Assembly: GCA_963665775.2 (NCBI GenBank)
Contig: CAXXTF010000002.1
Location: 448,001 to 512,000 of the forward strand
Reading direction: 5' to 3'
Source of the DNA: Dehalococcoidia bacterium
GTDB taxonomy: Bacteria; Chloroflexota; Dehalococcoidia; SM23-28-2; RBG-16-64-32
DNA: 64,000 nucleotides
Shown one piece after another: positions 62,172 to 64,000 of this stretch. The position numbers and the translations under genes are program-made. Below the pieces are notes generated by a model. It saw only the letters and a program-made list of their open reading frames with translations. It was not told the DNA's origin and made no database searches. How positions within the stretch are numbered: position 1 is the stretch's first letter; every line of letters begins with the position of its first letter.

Positions 62172-62440
62172 TCATCATAAAGGGGGGCGACGCCGTCTTA
62201 TCGTGGGTGGGGGCTTCTCGAGGGGAGGAATTCTCTTCGATTTGCGGCCGTCGCCCCCCTTTTGCTGCAGGCCGCTGGGCCCGCCTAGCCATGCATTCTA
62301 CCACGTGACAGCACCTATGTTCCAGCCGCTGACGGGGGTTTTCGCGTAAAATCTTTGGCGATGGCCGTTTCCCTTGCCGCAGACACAAGAGCGGGTTCTC
62401 CGATGGGGATTCCGAGGGCGTGATTCCGCCCCGGCCGCCC

Positions 62441-62674
62441 ATGCGTAGGATCTTGCTACTGCCCTTAACGGCTTTTCTGGTGGCCTTTGCTATTCAGGTG
62501 ACTCTCAAGCTGGTCGGCGTACCCTCGACCAGTGCGCTGCGCGTCCTGGCCACACCGGCGATCGCGGGTGCCGTCGTTTACCTAGGGCTGCGGCCGTATC
62601 CAACAGCCGGGCGTCTGCGTCTGGCAGCGATGGTCCTTATCGGCCTCCTCCTGGTCGCTATTATTACGGCCTAG
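62441..62674 (+). CDS. Small membrane protein (about 3 TM helices)
   Basis: Hydrophobic 77-aa ORF that fills the gap between neighbours. Confidence 0.6.
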   Translation: MRRILLLPLTAFLVAFAIQVTLKLVGVPSTSALRVLATPAIAGAVVYLGLRPYPTAGRLRLAAMVLIGLLLVAIITA

Positions 62675-62680
62675 CTTCCT

Positions 62681-62709
62681 TTGCCGCGGGCTACTGCTTG
62701 TGCTATAAG
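62681..62709 (+). promoter_or_regulatory. Sigma70 promoter
   Basis: TTGCCG-17 bp-TATAAG with a TGn extended -10. Confidence 0.6.
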
Positions 62710-62715
62710 GGTGGT

Positions 62716-63062
62716 CACAGGTTGCCGGCGGACTGGCTCGACCTAGCGATTGGGAGGGGGAGATGTCGATCAAGGTAGGGCTCGACATCTCCCCACGCCG
62801 ATCACGGTGGCTCCGACGATAGTGGCTCCGAAAATGGAGGCTACGCTGGAGGGGATGGCGGAAGTGAGGGTGGCAAGGCCATAAGCTCGCGGAAGCGGGC
62901 CGCCGCACGGAACCGGCCGCCGGTCTGGGACGGTGGCTAGGAAGGGCTACATACGGTATCATATCTACGAGCTAGGGAGATCAACTGAACGCCGTGGCCG
63001 TCGGAGCCTTCCACCACCGTATCGGCGGCGCTCTTCAGGGGCTCCCTGACAGGGTTCCGCTT
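62716..63062 (+). ncRNA. Candidate structured RNA of unknown family
   Basis: 13-bp perfect hairpin, ~22-bp long-range helix, nested hairpins, an upstream promoter and no credible ORF. Confidence 0.5.
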
Positions 63063-63087
63063 ATTCGTCTAGGAGATGCTCTCAATC

Positions 63088-64000
63088 ATGGATGAAGCTG
63101 GCGTCTGCCTGCAGATGTTCCTCTCATGGCTATCCGAATCTCGGGGCCAACGCCTCAACGTGGACGAGCGCGAGGAGATCTCCCCAGGCGGCCTCAGCGC
63201 CCTCGCCTCCGACGGCACGTTCCGGCTGGCGCTGGAGGTCCGATCCCTCCTCGGCGCCACCGAGGATTACGTCTGGTTGAGCCATCGCGACCAGCTCGCG
63301 CAGGAGATGTCCGTCGCCAACCCAGGTACCACCTTAGCCCTCTGGCTTCCTCTCGGCGCCGACCTACCACGCGAGGCTGCCGAGGCCGCAGATCTCCTTG
63401 AGCGGGTCCGGCAGACCGCCGTCAGCCTCGAGGCCGCGGAGCGCTCCTTCGTGCCGCTGCCCATCACCCTGGTTCTCCGCAAGGCGAGCGACGAAGGCGG
63501 AATCGTGGAAGTCAAAGGTGGTCTCAACCCCTACTGGGCACAGTTTACCGACCAGGTTCGCGGCCTCGGCACCTTCGTCCTCGATTCCACTCGCCTGCAC
63601 CGGCTTCCCGAGTCCGAGGAGCACCGGGAGCAGCTTCTGGATACGATCCGCGAGCGGCTCAAGGAGCTTGAGAGCGTACGGCAATCGGTGGAGATCGAGA
63701 CGATAGACACTTGGACGATTCAGCGATTCGATGGAGCGGACGGCCTCGCCATCATGGGCCTCCCGCCTCGGGAGGTCCCGGACGTAGGGCTCGCTGTCCG
63801 CCGCAACTTCCGGCGCATCCTGGCGGAGGCCGGACCTCGACTGCGCCAGCGAGAGGCGGACCTGCGGGCCATCGTGGTCTTGGGTCACTACCCCCGTCTG
63901 GAGCAGGAAGGCGCAACGACCGCGCTCCGTGGTTATGACCCCGCCCTGTACGCCGGCCTGGACTTCGTGGGCCTGGCCGCCGACGGTATCCTCAAGCCCC
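63088..64000 (+). CDS. Hypothetical protein, 3'-truncated by the window
   Basis: Open frame MDEAGVCLQMFLSWL.. runs to the window end with coding-like GC3. Alternative ATG at 63076; upstream AGGAG. Confidence 0.75.
   Translation, partial: MDEAGVCLQMFLSWLSESRGQRLNVDEREEISPGGLSALASDGTFRLALEVRSLLGATEDYVWLSHRDQLAQEMSVANPGTTLALWLPLGADLPREAAEAADLLERVRQTAVSLEAAERSFVPLPITLVLRKASDEGGIVEVKGGLNPYWAQFTDQVRGLGTFVLDSTRLHRLPESEEHREQLLDTIRERLKELESVRQSVEIETIDTWTIQRFDGADGLAIMGLPPREVPDVGLAVRRNFRRILAEAGPRLRQREADLRAIVVLGHYPRLEQEGATTALRGYDPALYAGLDFVGLAADGILKP

Noticed and set aside
62862-62882. AAGTGAGGGTGGCAAGGCC resembling a T-box
   Set aside because: It lacks the conserved UGGNACC, has no terminator, and the downstream gene is not amino-acid related.
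63047-63065. ACAGGGTTCCGCTTAT resembling the RNase P RNA 3' end
   Set aside because: No GAGGAAAGTCC 5' strand of helix P4 on either strand.
1-64000. Genome-wide reassignment of TAG or TGA
   Set aside because: Both codons terminate many full-length conserved genes in this window.

Overview
GC-rich bacterial chromosomal segment, most consistent with an aerobic, non-Dehalococcoides member of Chloroflexota/Dehalococcoidia (SAR202-like paralog content; inferred from gene content only). The left ~34.5 kb, up to the 3' end of tRNA-Phe, is accessory and catabolic. It holds family III CoA-transferases, two amidohydrolases, an SDR, MFS transporters, an orphan xanthine-dehydrogenase-family Mo subunit, a hemA-ccdA-resB-ccsA-resA cytochrome c maturation operon and many internally deleted gene relics. 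The right part is mostly core: sucC/sucD (split by two inserted genes), tRNA-Pro, mfd, pth, an ECF sigma/anti-sigma pair, greA, ctaA/ctaB, nadE, an A-type Fe-S carrier and a metF-like gene. Signals the ORF track misses: a UGA-containing peroxiredoxin-like selenoprotein with a SECIS-like hairpin (20781-21293); a ~340-nt heavily base-paired RNA candidate with its own promoter (62.7-63.06 kb); an in-frame amber codon in a cupredoxin; a shared ECF-type promoter; a Rex-like operator; a degenerate tRNA-Ser att-like relic; and three homopolymer frameshifts that are probably sequencing errors. All family calls come from motif recognition by eye; no searches were run.
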